From Thermoanaerobaculia bacterium (GTDB taxonomy: Bacteria > Acidobacteriota > Thermoanaerobaculia > Multivoradales > UBA5704), in the NCBI GenBank assembly GCA_036275055.1, contig DASUEN010000222.1, forward strand, positions 26,498-90,497: 64,000 nucleotides of DNA, read 5' to 3'. Below, piece by piece: positions 20,856 to 30,214 of this stretch. A program made the translations under genes and the position numbers. Every line of letters begins with the position of its first letter. Position 1 is the stretch's first letter. Below the pieces are notes generated by a model that did not search any database, was not told the origin of the DNA, and was given only the letters and a program-made list of their open reading frames with translations.

Positions 20856-20979
20856 GAGGGCAGGTCCCCCCTCTTGCCGTTCATCCCTGTCCGTCCGTGT
20901 CGTCCTTGTCCGTCCGTGCCTGCTGTCATAAACTCCCCCACGCCAACTCACCAACTCACAGACAGGGGGGCAATGACCG

Positions 20980-21342
20980 ATGGGAACCGTCGCGAACGTC
21001 GTCGTGGGCGTGGTGGCCGCTCTGCACCTGTACTTCCTGGCGCTCGAGATGTTCTTCTGGAAGAAGCCGCTCGGCCGCAAGGTGTTCGGCCTCACCCGCG
21101 AATTTGCGGAGTCCACGGCCTCGCTCGCCGCGAACCAGGGGCTCTACAACGGCTTTCTGGCCGCCGGGCTGATCTGGGGGTTGAGCCTCGGCGAGGCCGG
21201 CTTCAGCATCAAGGTCTTCTTCCTCGTCTGCGTCCTCGTGGCGGGGATCTTCGGCGCCGCCACGGCGAACCGGAAGATCCTTTTCGTGCAGGCGATTCCC
21301 GCGGCGGTGGCCCTCGCGCTGGTGCTGCTGGCGCGGCCCTGA
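20980..21342 (+). CDS. DUF1304-like small membrane protein
   Basis: 120 aa: MGTVANVVVGVVAALHLYFLALEMFFWKKP... Three or four TM helices. Confidence 0.55.
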   Translation: MGTVANVVVGVVAALHLYFLALEMFFWKKPLGRKVFGLTREFAESTASLAANQGLYNGFLAAGLIWGLSLGEAGFSIKVFFLVCVLVAGIFGAATANRKILFVQAIPAAVALALVLLARP

Positions 21343-21363
21343 AGGCTCAACGAGAGCCCTGCC

Positions 21364-22059
21364 ATGCCCTCCACTCCTCACGTCGAAAAACACTTCACCG
21401 CCGGCGAGCGGGTGCGCGACGTCGTGATCGGCATGTCCGACGGCCTCACCGTTCCCTTCGCCCTGGCGGCGGGCCTTTCGGGCGCGGTGTCCTCGTCCGG
21501 CATCGTGGTCACGGCGGGGCTCGCGGAGATCGCGGCGGGCGCCATCGCCATGGGGCTCGGCGGCTACCTCGCGGCGCGCAGCGACGCCGAGCACTACGCC
21601 AGCGAGCGGCGGCGGGAAGATCAGGAGATCGTCGAGAAGCCGGAGGACGAGAAGGCGGAGGTCAAACAAATCTTTCTCACCTACGGCCTCACCGAGCCGG
21701 AAGCGGATCAGATCGTCGAGAGCATGAGCCAGCGTCCCAAGGCGTGGGCGGAGTTCATGATGCGGTTCGAGCTGGGGCTCGAGGAGCCGGACCCCAAGCG
21801 CGCCGTGACCAGCGCGGCGACCATCGGCCTCTCCTACGTCGCCGGAGGAGCGATTCCTTTGGCGCCGTACTTCTTCGTTTCCCGGGCCGCGTCGGCGCTG
21901 CTCGTTTCGATCGTGGTGACCCTCCTGGCCCTGCTGGTGTTCGGCTACGTCAAGGCCCGGCTCACGGGAGCCCATCCCGTGCGCGGCGCCTTCCAAACCG
22001 TGGCGATCGGCGGCGTGGCGGCCGCGGTCGCTTTCGCAATCGCCAAGGCCGTTTCCTGA
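21364..22059 (+). CDS. VIT1/CCC1 family Fe/Mn transporter
   Basis: 231 aa. GMSDGLTVPFALAAGLSGA N-terminal VIT motif. Cytoplasmic EKPEDEKAE loop. C-terminal TM bundle. Confidence 0.8.
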   Translation: MPSTPHVEKHFTAGERVRDVVIGMSDGLTVPFALAAGLSGAVSSSGIVVTAGLAEIAAGAIAMGLGGYLAARSDAEHYASERRREDQEIVEKPEDEKAEVKQIFLTYGLTEPEADQIVESMSQRPKAWAEFMMRFELGLEEPDPKRAVTSAATIGLSYVAGGAIPLAPYFFVSRAASALLVSIVVTLLALLVFGYVKARLTGAHPVRGAFQTVAIGGVAAAVAFAIAKAVS

Positions 22060-22075
22060 GGAGAGAGGATAAACG

Positions 22076-23530
22076 ATGCCCAATCTCGGTTTTCTCGACG
22101 TCATCATCGCCCTGGTCGTCGTGCTGGTCGTCCTCAGCCTGATCGTGCAGTCTCTCCAGCAGCTCGTCAAAAAGGTTTTCAAGCTGAAGTCGAGCGTCAT
22201 CCTGGGCTCGCTCGAAGACCTCTTCAGCCGCGTGGTGGCGGATGCGAGCCATGCCGCAGGGGGAGCAGCCGCGGGAAGCGCCGCGCCCAAACCGTCCGCC
22301 GCCGTGAGCGCGGGCAAAGCGGAAGTGGCGAAGATCGTCGCCGAGCTCAAGACGCTGGGCCGGCGGTCCTTGTTCAACCGCCCCATGCTCGATTCGATCG
22401 CGAAAGCCGACGTGGTGAAAGTGCTCACCCGTCTCGGCGCTTCGAACATCGCCGCTACGAGCTTCTCGGACATCCAGAAGTCTCTCAAAAACGTGAGCGA
22501 CGCGCTGAAGGAGGCGACGAACGAATTCCTGAAAGGGAGCGCCAGCGCCAAGATCGCATCGCTCCAGCAGGCCCTCGCTCCGCTGGCGAGCGACCTCGAA
22601 GCCCTCGCCAGTGGCACCGGCGTCCAGCCCGCGACGATCCTGAACGATCTGCTCAACCTGCGGAAAATCCGCCTGAACGACGCCTTCGGGCTGCTCGGGG
22701 ACGTGCAGGACCAGGTGAAGAAAGACCTCGCGGACGCCCAGTCGGCGGCGGCCAAGGACCCGGTGCTCATCGCGGGGCTCACCGCCGTGGACACGGCCTT
22801 GCGTAGCGCCGCCGCCGAGCTGCAGAGCCTGGGAAAGCTGATCGAGGACGCCGTCGCGCCCCTCGCTGGCCGGCTGAGCTCCGTCGAGCTCTGGTACGAC
22901 ACGGTGATGCAGGGGTTCGACGAGCGTTATACACGGAACATGAAGACCACTGCGGTGATCATCGCCGCCGTCCTGGTCATCGTCCTCAACGCCAACTTCT
23001 TCGCCCTCTACCGGCGCATCGCGGGTGATCCCGATTTTCAGCGGAACGCGAGCGAGGTTGGCCAAACGATCCTGGCGAACGAGCAAAAGCAGCGGCAGGC
23101 TGCCGGAGCTCAATCTACACCGCCTGAAGCCACGCCCACTCCGGCGGCGACACCGACTCCGTCCCCTGCGCCTACTCCCACTCCCACTCCGGCCCCGGCG
23201 ACGACGCCTGCTGCGGATACCTCCATTCAGGACCTCAAGCAGCAAGGGCAGGACGTCCACAAACAGCTCGAATTGTACGATAGGCTGGGCTTCGAGCCCT
23301 TGGCCTGGAAAACCGTCGAGGACTACTGGAATAGCCCCAAAGACACGAAATGGTATCGAGAGGGCTTCCAGACCCTGGTGGGCTGGCTCCTCACCATCCT
23401 TCTCCTGAGCGCCGGCGCGCCCTTCTGGGAAGACGTGCTGGAATCCCTCTTCGGCCTCAAGAGCCTGATGCGGCAGAAGACCTCGACGCGCAACGTGGAG
23501 GATGACGGGGGAGGGCAGCCGAAGCCGTAG
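22076..23530 (+). CDS. hypothetical membrane-anchored protein with Pro/Thr/Ala-rich linker
   Basis: GAGGAGAGAGGA SD, ATG 22076. N-terminal TM helix. TPPEATPTPAATPTPSPAPTPTPTPAPATTPAADT linker. Confidence 0.55.
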   Translation: MPNLGFLDVIIALVVVLVVLSLIVQSLQQLVKKVFKLKSSVILGSLEDLFSRVVADASHAAGGAAAGSAAPKPSAAVSAGKAEVAKIVAELKTLGRRSLFNRPMLDSIAKADVVKVLTRLGASNIAATSFSDIQKSLKNVSDALKEATNEFLKGSASAKIASLQQALAPLASDLEALASGTGVQPATILNDLLNLRKIRLNDAFGLLGDVQDQVKKDLADAQSAAAKDPVLIAGLTAVDTALRSAAAELQSLGKLIEDAVAPLAGRLSSVELWYDTVMQGFDERYTRNMKTTAVIIAAVLVIVLNANFFALYRRIAGDPDFQRNASEVGQTILANEQKQRQAAGAQSTPPEATPTPAATPTPSPAPTPTPTPAPATTPAADTSIQDLKQQGQDVHKQLELYDRLGFEPLAWKTVEDYWNSPKDTKWYREGFQTLVGWLLTILLLSAGAPFWEDVLESLFGLKSLMRQKTSTRNVEDDGGGQPKP

Positions 23531-23587
23531 AGCGCCGATAGCCCGGGATTTCGATCCCGGGCTCTATCTCAGAATCCTGCTCGCGCC

Positions 23588-26500
23588 TCAACGCACGTCG
23601 AGCCTCCGCCGGATCAACACGAGGCCGGCCAGTGCCAGGACGGCTGCGAGCATCGCCAGCGCCCATTGCGAAAGCGTGGGGACGTCCGCAGGACCGCCAG
23701 GCTCCGCGATCACCTGCACGTTTTCGCGCGACTGCGCCGTGCCCACGCCGAAGCTCAGGGCACCGGACACCGTGGGTGCGGTCACGGAAGCGGTGTTGTC
23801 GATCGATACCGGGGTTGCCGGCATCAGGGCCTGATACGTGAACTGCAAGGCGGTATTGGGGCCGAACGTCGTAATCGTCGCGCTCAGTCCCGACGCGTTG
23901 CTGGTGAACGCCGGGCACGCCGCGGTCCCGTGAGGCAACGGTACGAACGCCGAGGACGTGAGGTCGATACACGTCACGTTGCTGTAGCCGCTGGGATTGG
24001 ACGACAGGAGCGCCGCGGGCAAGGGATCGGTGAATACCGAGTTGTTGGCCGGAACGGTGCCGATGTTGGTCACGATCACCGTGTAGGTGACCAGGGTGTT
24101 CGGCGCCGCGATCTGCGGCGAAACCTTCTTCTGCAGGCTGAGCTCGGGCGCGCGAGGCGGGGTGATCGAAACGAAATCGCTCGCCGGAGTCCAGCCGTTG
24201 GGATCGTTCTCGCCCGCGAACGTCGCTGTGTTGAAGAGGGAATTGAACCCCCGGGTGGGATTGCTGAGCTGCACGGTGATCGTGAACTTGACCGCGCTCT
24301 GGGGCGGGAACGTGTTGTTGCCCACGAAGCCCCATTCATGGTCGATGTCGAAGGGGTCCGGCAGCGGCGTCGGGCTACCCACGGCGGGGTGCTTGGTGCC
24401 TGCGACCACCGGAGTCGGCGGGCATTTCGCCCCGCCGCTCAGCACCGTGCAGCCGATGCTGACCACGGAGAGCGCCACGCCGGGAGCATTCGGGGTATCG
24501 ACGAAATGAGGGACGTCCAAAGTGGTCGTCGTGGACGTATTGGTCAACGTGACCTCGTACGTGACCAAACCGGTCGGTGGAATGCTGCCTGGGTTGCCTG
24601 CGACCGCAGGGGGCAGCACCGTCTTCTGGATGCTCAACGTGCCGGGCGTGCAAGGTGGCGTGCCCACGTAGTGGGTCACCGTGCTGGGGAGGGTGACCTC
24701 GTTGCCGCCCAGAGCGTCGACAAACGCTGCTGACACGGTGTTTTGCGTCAACGACGCCGGCTGGCACTTGTTCGTGTGCATGGGCGTCGTAAAGGGGACC
24801 AGGTACGTCAGAGTTGCGCTGGGTGCCAGGAGGGCCTGCGCGTTGCCGCCATGCAGTGCGGGGTCGTACTTGAGGACGAATTGATTGTTGTAACCGGTGA
24901 GGACGGGGGTGCTGGCCAGCTCGTGACAGGTTTGGTTCGCCGGCGAAGGCGTGCAGGTGATGCCCCAGCCGGCCAGGGTATTGCCCGAGTGGAGGAAGCC
25001 CGAAGGCGGCGCCGTATCGATCATGGCCGGGGAGAAGTAGCTGTCCGTGACGTCTCCGAGCAGCAGAGACTGAGCGGGATTGGTGTTGGTCACCACGACC
25101 TTGTACCAGATCTGGGTCCCGTCCGGCACGAAGGCGCCCATGCTTTGACCGATGAGCGGTGTGCCGGCATTGGCGTCCGCGGCGGATGCAAAGGGACCGG
25201 ACTTGACGATGGAGATGCCTGGAGGCGTGCCGCCACCGCTCCCTGGGCACTGCATCACCGCACCGACCGTGACGACCGCTTGCTCGCCATTGTTTCCCAG
25301 GAAGATCCCCGGCGTGAAATCGATGGGCTGAGTCGCCAGGGGGTTGTAATTCGGATCGAACAGCGCCGGCGACGGATCCGCATGGCCAGAGAGATTGATC
25401 GGCGCCGTAGTGCCGGCCCACCAGCAGACGTTCTGGGTTTCGGTGACCTGCTGCGAGAACGTCACGGACGCCAGGGGCGGCAGGGATGGGATCGTGGCCG
25501 TGAAGGAGAAACCGCTGGGGCTCGAGATCCCTCCCGTGAGCGGGGGACAGAGCGACGCCGGTGTACACGTCAAGGGACCTTGCGTCTCGGTGAACGCGAA
25601 CTGGTGATGCTCGAACTTGACCGGTACGTTCGTGGCCGTGCCGGCGGTGCCCCCCGAGCTGATGTTGGTGACGGTGACGGTTTGGGTCCAGGTGCCGACG
25701 CCGCTGCCGTTGAGGTTGAAGCTGGGAGGGGTTGGGGTGGTATGGAATTGAATATCGGCCACCTTGCAAGTACCCGGTACCTGGGTCGTGGCGGAATCCG
25801 AGGCTACGTTCTGGCCGAGGTGCGGACCGACCTTCGTCTGCGGTAAACCGTTCGCGCTGACCGTGAGCACCAGGTCACGGGTGCCGGTGTCGCCCGCACC
25901 CACGCAGACCGGATCGCCGACGAGAACGTGGGCCCGGAACCTCAACACGCCTCCGGCTGGCGGCCCATCCACGGTCCCCGGCAGGTTGTCCAGGAAATTG
26001 ACAGGCGGAAATCCGGTGATCGGAGGAGAATTGGTCGGGCTGATCAGCAATTGATTCGGAATCAGGTTCGTCGTCGGGCAGGTCTGCCAGGGCAACGGCA
26101 TGCTGGGGAACACCGACGCGAGAGGAAAGGGCGCCACGCTCGCCGAGAGGCAATCGATGGATTGCAATATGGTATTGGGCAAGGTGGAGCCATTTCCGCC
26201 ATAGGGGTTGTTGGACGCCGTCAGCGGCAGCATCGTTCCCGTCTGCCCCTGAATCGTCGCCGTGAGCCTCAGCTTGTCGGACGGCTGGTTCCCCGTGCTT
26301 TGCACCTCGAAGTCATAGTCCACCATGGTTCCGGGAACTGCCGTGGCGGGAGCGCTCGTAATGACGACGTTGTATTCGATCACCGGAGGATAGAGAAAGA
26401 TGTTGGTGGTGGCCGTATTGGTCGGGCTCAGCGCATCGGTCTCGGCCGAGCTGACGGTGGCCGTGATGGGGTAGTTCCCCACAGGCGCGCCGAAACACCT

Positions 26501-27085
26501 CGACTCCTGGCCGCCGGCCGGCGAGCCGTTGGCGGGGCAGCGTGACCTGTTGTCGAACTGAACCATCACCTGGCTTTGGCTGGGGATGGTTGGAATCGTG
26601 ACCTCCAGCAGCGTGCCCACCCGCGTAAAGGCCGGCGACGGCGCGGTTCCCGATCCGGCGGGGCAAATCGCCGGCCCGTTGGGATTGGGGCCTGGCACGG
26701 GCTGGCAGGTGGCGCTGGCTTCGAAGGGAACGTCCGCCAGCGGGTGATTCACGGCGAGCGCCACGTTGGTGGCGGGATCCGGTCCATTGTTGGAGATCGT
26801 GACGGTGAAGTGCTCGAGATCGAAAGACATGTACGCGGGCTGGTCGCTGACGATGTTGACGACCAGGTCGACCGTTGCCGCATCGGCCGGCGCCATCCCT
26901 GCGAAAGTAAAACCGAGCTGGACGAAGAAGGCAACGAAAAGGAGTGCCATGCTGCGGCGAGGATTGGATGTTCTATTCCTGAAAGTGCCTCGATGTCGAT
27001 GAGTGCATGGCTGCTGACCAGGAACGTTGAGCTGACCTGGGGTCCGGAGACCACCATCCGTCCGTTGCGGATTCTCGCCGTTCAT
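23588..27085 (-). CDS. large DUF11-repeat surface protein with IPTL-CTERM sorting signal
   Basis: 1165 aa. GGAGGTG SD before ATG 27085; alternative start ATG 26950. RRSMALLFVAFFVQLGFTFAGMAPADA is signal-like and possibly Tat. DUF11-type repeats (HFTVTISNNGPDPATNVALAV, YTVIVTNIGTVPANNSVFTDPLPAAL). C-terminus VPTLSQWALAMLAAVLALAGLVLIRRRLDVR = IPTL-CTERM. Confidence 0.75.
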   Translation of the reverse strand: MNGENPQRTDGGLRTPGQLNVPGQQPCTHRHRGTFRNRTSNPRRSMALLFVAFFVQLGFTFAGMAPADAATVDLVVNIVSDQPAYMSFDLEHFTVTISNNGPDPATNVALAVNHPLADVPFEASATCQPVPGPNPNGPAICPAGSGTAPSPAFTRVGTLLEVTIPTIPSQSQVMVQFDNRSRCPANGSPAGGQESRCFGAPVGNYPITATVSSAETDALSPTNTATTNIFLYPPVIEYNVVITSAPATAVPGTMVDYDFEVQSTGNQPSDKLRLTATIQGQTGTMLPLTASNNPYGGNGSTLPNTILQSIDCLSASVAPFPLASVFPSMPLPWQTCPTTNLIPNQLLISPTNSPPITGFPPVNFLDNLPGTVDGPPAGGVLRFRAHVLVGDPVCVGAGDTGTRDLVLTVSANGLPQTKVGPHLGQNVASDSATTQVPGTCKVADIQFHTTPTPPSFNLNGSGVGTWTQTVTVTNISSGGTAGTATNVPVKFEHHQFAFTETQGPLTCTPASLCPPLTGGISSPSGFSFTATIPSLPPLASVTFSQQVTETQNVCWWAGTTAPINLSGHADPSPALFDPNYNPLATQPIDFTPGIFLGNNGEQAVVTVGAVMQCPGSGGGTPPGISIVKSGPFASAADANAGTPLIGQSMGAFVPDGTQIWYKVVVTNTNPAQSLLLGDVTDSYFSPAMIDTAPPSGFLHSGNTLAGWGITCTPSPANQTCHELASTPVLTGYNNQFVLKYDPALHGGNAQALLAPSATLTYLVPFTTPMHTNKCQPASLTQNTVSAAFVDALGGNEVTLPSTVTHYVGTPPCTPGTLSIQKTVLPPAVAGNPGSIPPTGLVTYEVTLTNTSTTTTLDVPHFVDTPNAPGVALSVVSIGCTVLSGGAKCPPTPVVAGTKHPAVGSPTPLPDPFDIDHEWGFVGNNTFPPQSAVKFTITVQLSNPTRGFNSLFNTATFAGENDPNGWTPASDFVSITPPRAPELSLQKKVSPQIAAPNTLVTYTVIVTNIGTVPANNSVFTDPLPAALLSSNPSGYSNVTCIDLTSSAFVPLPHGTAACPAFTSNASGLSATITTFGPNTALQFTYQALMPATPVSIDNTASVTAPTVSGALSFGVGTAQSRENVQVIAEPGGPADVPTLSQWALAMLAAVLALAGLVLIRRRLDVR

Positions 27086-27149
27086 CGGGCACCTCCGACG
27101 TGCTTGGCTTGGAGTGTGTAGGTCACTCTACGCCTGACTCGGGGGCGCG

Positions 27150-27848
27150 TCAAATGCCGGGGATGGCCTTCCAGATCTCCCAGTGAAGGCGGGCGAAGAC
27201 GCCCGCGACGATACGGTCACAGCGGGGACCGTCGAAGAGGTAGAGCCGGCGCACCTCGCGGCCGATCCGCGCGTCGAGGGTCTGTCGCAGGCTGCGTTTG
27301 GCCCGGTGCAGGCGCACCCGCACGTTCTCCACCGTGAGACCGAGGGCGTCGGCGGTCTCCTCGGTCGAGAGGTCCTCGATCTCGCGCAGACAGAAGACGG
27401 CCCGCAGGGGATCGGGGAGGACCTCGACGGCCTCGCGGAGAACGGCTTGAAGCTCGCGGTTCTCGAACTCTCGTTCGGGACCGGCCGCCGGGGACGGCGG
27501 ATCTGGAGGCTCGCCGCCGGCCGTCGGAACAAGCCGGACCAGCCGCTGCCGTTTCCGGGCGCGGGCCAGCGCTTCGTGGCAGGCGATCCGGGTGAGCCAG
27601 GTGGAGAAGAGGGCGTCGCCGCGGAAGTTGGCGAGCTCGCGGAAAGCCCGCATGTAGGCCTCCTGCACGACGTCCTCGGCCTCCTCGTCGTCCGTGACGA
27701 TACCGCGGGCAACGCGGAAGAGCCGCTGATTGTAGCGCCGCATCAAGATCTCGAAGATCGAGATATCGCCCGCCAGCACGCGCTCCACGGCCTCCTCATC
27801 GGAGAGGACCGTGGGCGCGACGGCGGGTTGAAGTGCAGTCTGGCTCAT
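27150..27848 (-). CDS. ECF (sigma-70 family, group 4) RNA polymerase sigma factor
   Basis: 232 aa. Region 2 DDEEAEDVVQEAYMRAFRELANFRGDALFSTWLTRIACHEA. Region 4 LSTEETADALGLTVENVRVRLHRAKRSLRQ. Confidence 0.85.
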   Translation of the reverse strand: MSQTALQPAVAPTVLSDEEAVERVLAGDISIFEILMRRYNQRLFRVARGIVTDDEEAEDVVQEAYMRAFRELANFRGDALFSTWLTRIACHEALARARKRQRLVRLVPTAGGEPPDPPSPAAGPEREFENRELQAVLREAVEVLPDPLRAVFCLREIEDLSTEETADALGLTVENVRVRLHRAKRSLRQTLDARIGREVRRLYLFDGPRCDRIVAGVFARLHWEIWKAIPGI

Positions 27849-27874
27849 CGGCTCGCCTCGTCTCCAAGGCGAGT

Positions 27875-28306
27875 CTACACCCGCCTCTCCCGCAGGGTGG
27901 ACGCGCTCACCGCCGCGGGAGCCTCCTGCCGCAACTCGGCAAGCCGGGCGAGCGTGTACGCGCCCACCGCCATCGCGAGGTCGCGCACGGCGATGTCGAA
28001 CAGGCCCAACGTGGCGAGGTTGATCGCGATGAGCACCAGCCAGGCGGCGGCGATCCAGGATCCGACCCGCGTCCAGCGCGTGAGCACCAGCAGGCCGACG
28101 GCGATCTCGATGATCCCCACCACGTGCATGAAGGTCTGGGCCGACACCGGCAGCAGGTTAGCCACCCACGGGGCGAGGTACTTCGGCCAGTCCGTAAGCA
28201 GGTTGAAGAACTTGTCGAGCCCCGCGAGCAGCGGGACCAGTCCATAAGTGAGCCACAGAGGGCGGTAGAGCGATTCGAGGTTCGGGCCAGGTTGTGTCGT
28301 AGGCAT
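27875..28306 (-). CDS. DoxX-family membrane protein
   Basis: ATG 28306 with AAAGGAGGA SD on the minus strand. GLDKFFNLLTDWPKY...VGIIEIAVGLLVL DoxX-like. Upstream of the ECF sigma on the same strand. Confidence 0.55.
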   Translation of the reverse strand: MPTTQPGPNLESLYRPLWLTYGLVPLLAGLDKFFNLLTDWPKYLAPWVANLLPVSAQTFMHVVGIIEIAVGLLVLTRWTRVGSWIAAAWLVLIAINLATLGLFDIAVRDLAMAVGAYTLARLAELRQEAPAAVSASTLRERRV

Positions 28307-28596
28307 TGGATCGTCCTCCTTTCTCCTATACAGAGTCGTGAGGCCGGCCAACGTTACACTCGGTGCAAAAAAGAGGCCATGACCTGGGGCAGGGTCTCAG
28401 ACTCCCCAGGCCTCACGGCCAGGCCGATCGAGGCGCCGCAGACCGTCCCCAGGATCAGGATAGACGCATAGGCCTTGGTGATGATCGCATCCGGCAGGCT
28501 CACCAGGAAGGAAGCGTTCTGGGAGGTGACGTCCAAGAGCTGGCGTTTTTGGTGTTCATGGCTTGGTGTTATAGTGGATGAAACGGAGGATAGAGG

Positions 28597-29604
28597 ATGA
28601 GGGAGAAGAGGCGTGGCTTGATCGTCGGCATCGACCACTACAGCCATGCGAGCATGAAATTGAGATCCGCTGTGGCGGACGCGCGCTCCATGGCGCGGAT
28701 GCTCGTAAACCATGCCGACGGTACGGCCAACTACGACTGCGTCCTTTGGGCGGACAGAACCGAGCACGATCAACTCATTACTCGCGCCGCCTTGCGCGGG
28801 GCGCTGCAGCAGCTCTTCGCGAATTTCAGAGGCGATCTCGTATTCTATTTTTCCGGCCACGGCGTCATCACCGCCACCGGCGGTTGGCTGGTGACCTACG
28901 ACGGGATTCGGAACGACTGGGGAGTCTCGATGAGCGAGGTTTCCGAGCTGGCCCTGCAATCCCAGGCGAACGACATCCTGATCCTTCTCGACTGCTGCCA
29001 CGGCGGAGACCTCGGCAACTCGGTGCTGCTGAATGGCGGAGGGGGTGGCAGAGAGACGGCTCTCATGCGCGAGGACATGACGGTGATCGCTGCCTCTTTG
29101 CCCCAAGAGTCCGCCATCGAGGCGCCTGATCACGGCATGTTCACCGCGGCGGTCCTCAATGCCCTCGAAGGAGGATCGGCGGATCCCATGGGATGGGTGA
29201 CGGCGCCGTCCATCTACACCTATGTCGAGCGCCGTTTCGGTGGCTGGCCCCAGCAGCCCGTCTACAAGTCTCACGCCACCAAGGTCACGGTCGTGCGTCA
29301 ATGCCCGCCACAGATCGACCGGGTGAAGCTGGGCCGGCTGACCGAGCTGTTTCCCAAACGGGATTCTCTTTACCGGATGCATCCGGACTACGAACCGGAA
29401 GACGAGCACGGAAAAGTGCACAAGCCGGTCCACCGGGACAAAGTGGAAATTGCACAGCTCTTCAAGCTGTACCGGGATGCAGGGCTCCTCAAGCCCACCA
29501 TTGCCGGCGAGCAGTTGTACTGGACGGCCCGCCGGTCGCATACCGTCGAGCTGACGCTGCGCGGCCAGGAGTATTGGGTTCTGGTGAAAGACAACAAGGT
29601 CTGA
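28597..29604 (+). CDS. caspase-like (peptidase C14/orthocaspase) domain protein with uncharacterised C-terminal domain
   Basis: 335 aa. GGAGGATAGAGG SD. Catalytic dyad contexts LVFYFSGHGV (His) and ILILLDCCHGGDLG (Cys) = C14 signature. Confidence 0.75.
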   Translation: MREKRRGLIVGIDHYSHASMKLRSAVADARSMARMLVNHADGTANYDCVLWADRTEHDQLITRAALRGALQQLFANFRGDLVFYFSGHGVITATGGWLVTYDGIRNDWGVSMSEVSELALQSQANDILILLDCCHGGDLGNSVLLNGGGGGRETALMREDMTVIAASLPQESAIEAPDHGMFTAAVLNALEGGSADPMGWVTAPSIYTYVERRFGGWPQQPVYKSHATKVTVVRQCPPQIDRVKLGRLTELFPKRDSLYRMHPDYEPEDEHGKVHKPVHRDKVEIAQLFKLYRDAGLLKPTIAGEQLYWTARRSHTVELTLRGQEYWVLVKDNKV

Positions 29605-29605
29605 C

Positions 29606-30106
29606 ATGCGGATCGCGATCACCGGACACCAGACTCTCCGGGGGTCTCGCGGATGGGGCTGGATCGAGGGAGAGCTGCGCAGGATCGTCACCGGGTGCAG
29701 CCCGCCCTGGATCGGCCTGTCCTCGCTCGCCGTCGGTGCGGATCAGCGTTTCGCTGAGATCGTATTGCAACTCGGCGGTGCGATCGAAGTGATCGTGCCC
29801 TTTCCGGGCTACGAAACCCGATTCGCCGCTGAGGAGGAGCGTGCTGCCTATCGCCGGCTGCTCGCCGCGGCCCAGGCGGTGAAAGTTCTGCCGCGCGTGA
29901 GCGAGAACGACGAGGAGCTGTACTTCATCGCCGGACGGCGAGTGGTCGACGAGTCCGACCTGCTCATCGCCGTCTGGGACGGCCGTCCCGCTGCCGGCCT
30001 CGGCGGCACCGCGGACGTGGTGGCCTACGCCGGCCGGCAAGGGATCAAGGTCGTACAGGTCAACCCTGTCGATGGGCTCGTCACCGAGAGCCCTCGCGGA
30101 GCCTGA
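29606..30106 (+). CDS. SLOG-superfamily (YpsA/DUF1273-like) nucleotide-binding protein, translationally coupled to the caspase-like gene
   Basis: 166 aa. Start is 1 nt after the upstream stop (TGACATG). MRIAITGHQTL..SSLAVGADQRFAEIVLQLGGAIEVIVPFPGYETRF...LYFIAGRRVVDESDLLIAVWDG..GGTADVVAYA follows the YpsA/SLOG motif spacing (ITG, GxD, PF, DG, GGT). Confidence 0.5.
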   Translation: MRIAITGHQTLRGSRGWGWIEGELRRIVTGCSPPWIGLSSLAVGADQRFAEIVLQLGGAIEVIVPFPGYETRFAAEEERAAYRRLLAAAQAVKVLPRVSENDEELYFIAGRRVVDESDLLIAVWDGRPAAGLGGTADVVAYAGRQGIKVVQVNPVDGLVTESPRGA

Positions 30107-30214
30107 GGCGGGGATGTCCCGGCAAGCGAACGCCGCCGCACTGAGCCTCTAGGAGATCCAACCGGATCGCCAACGAACCCGCCCCTCAGGGGCTTCTTCG
30201 AGAGGACAACCACG

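Noticed and set aside
20956-22902. 648-aa minus ORF and 20874..22142 + ORF
   Set aside because: Shadow frames over the DUF1304, VIT and hypothetical membrane protein genes. Compositionally biased with no domain signatures.
28354-29691. 445-aa minus ORF
   Set aside because: Antisense to the caspase-like and SLOG genes, which have SDs, an operon-style junction and recognisable catalytic motifs.
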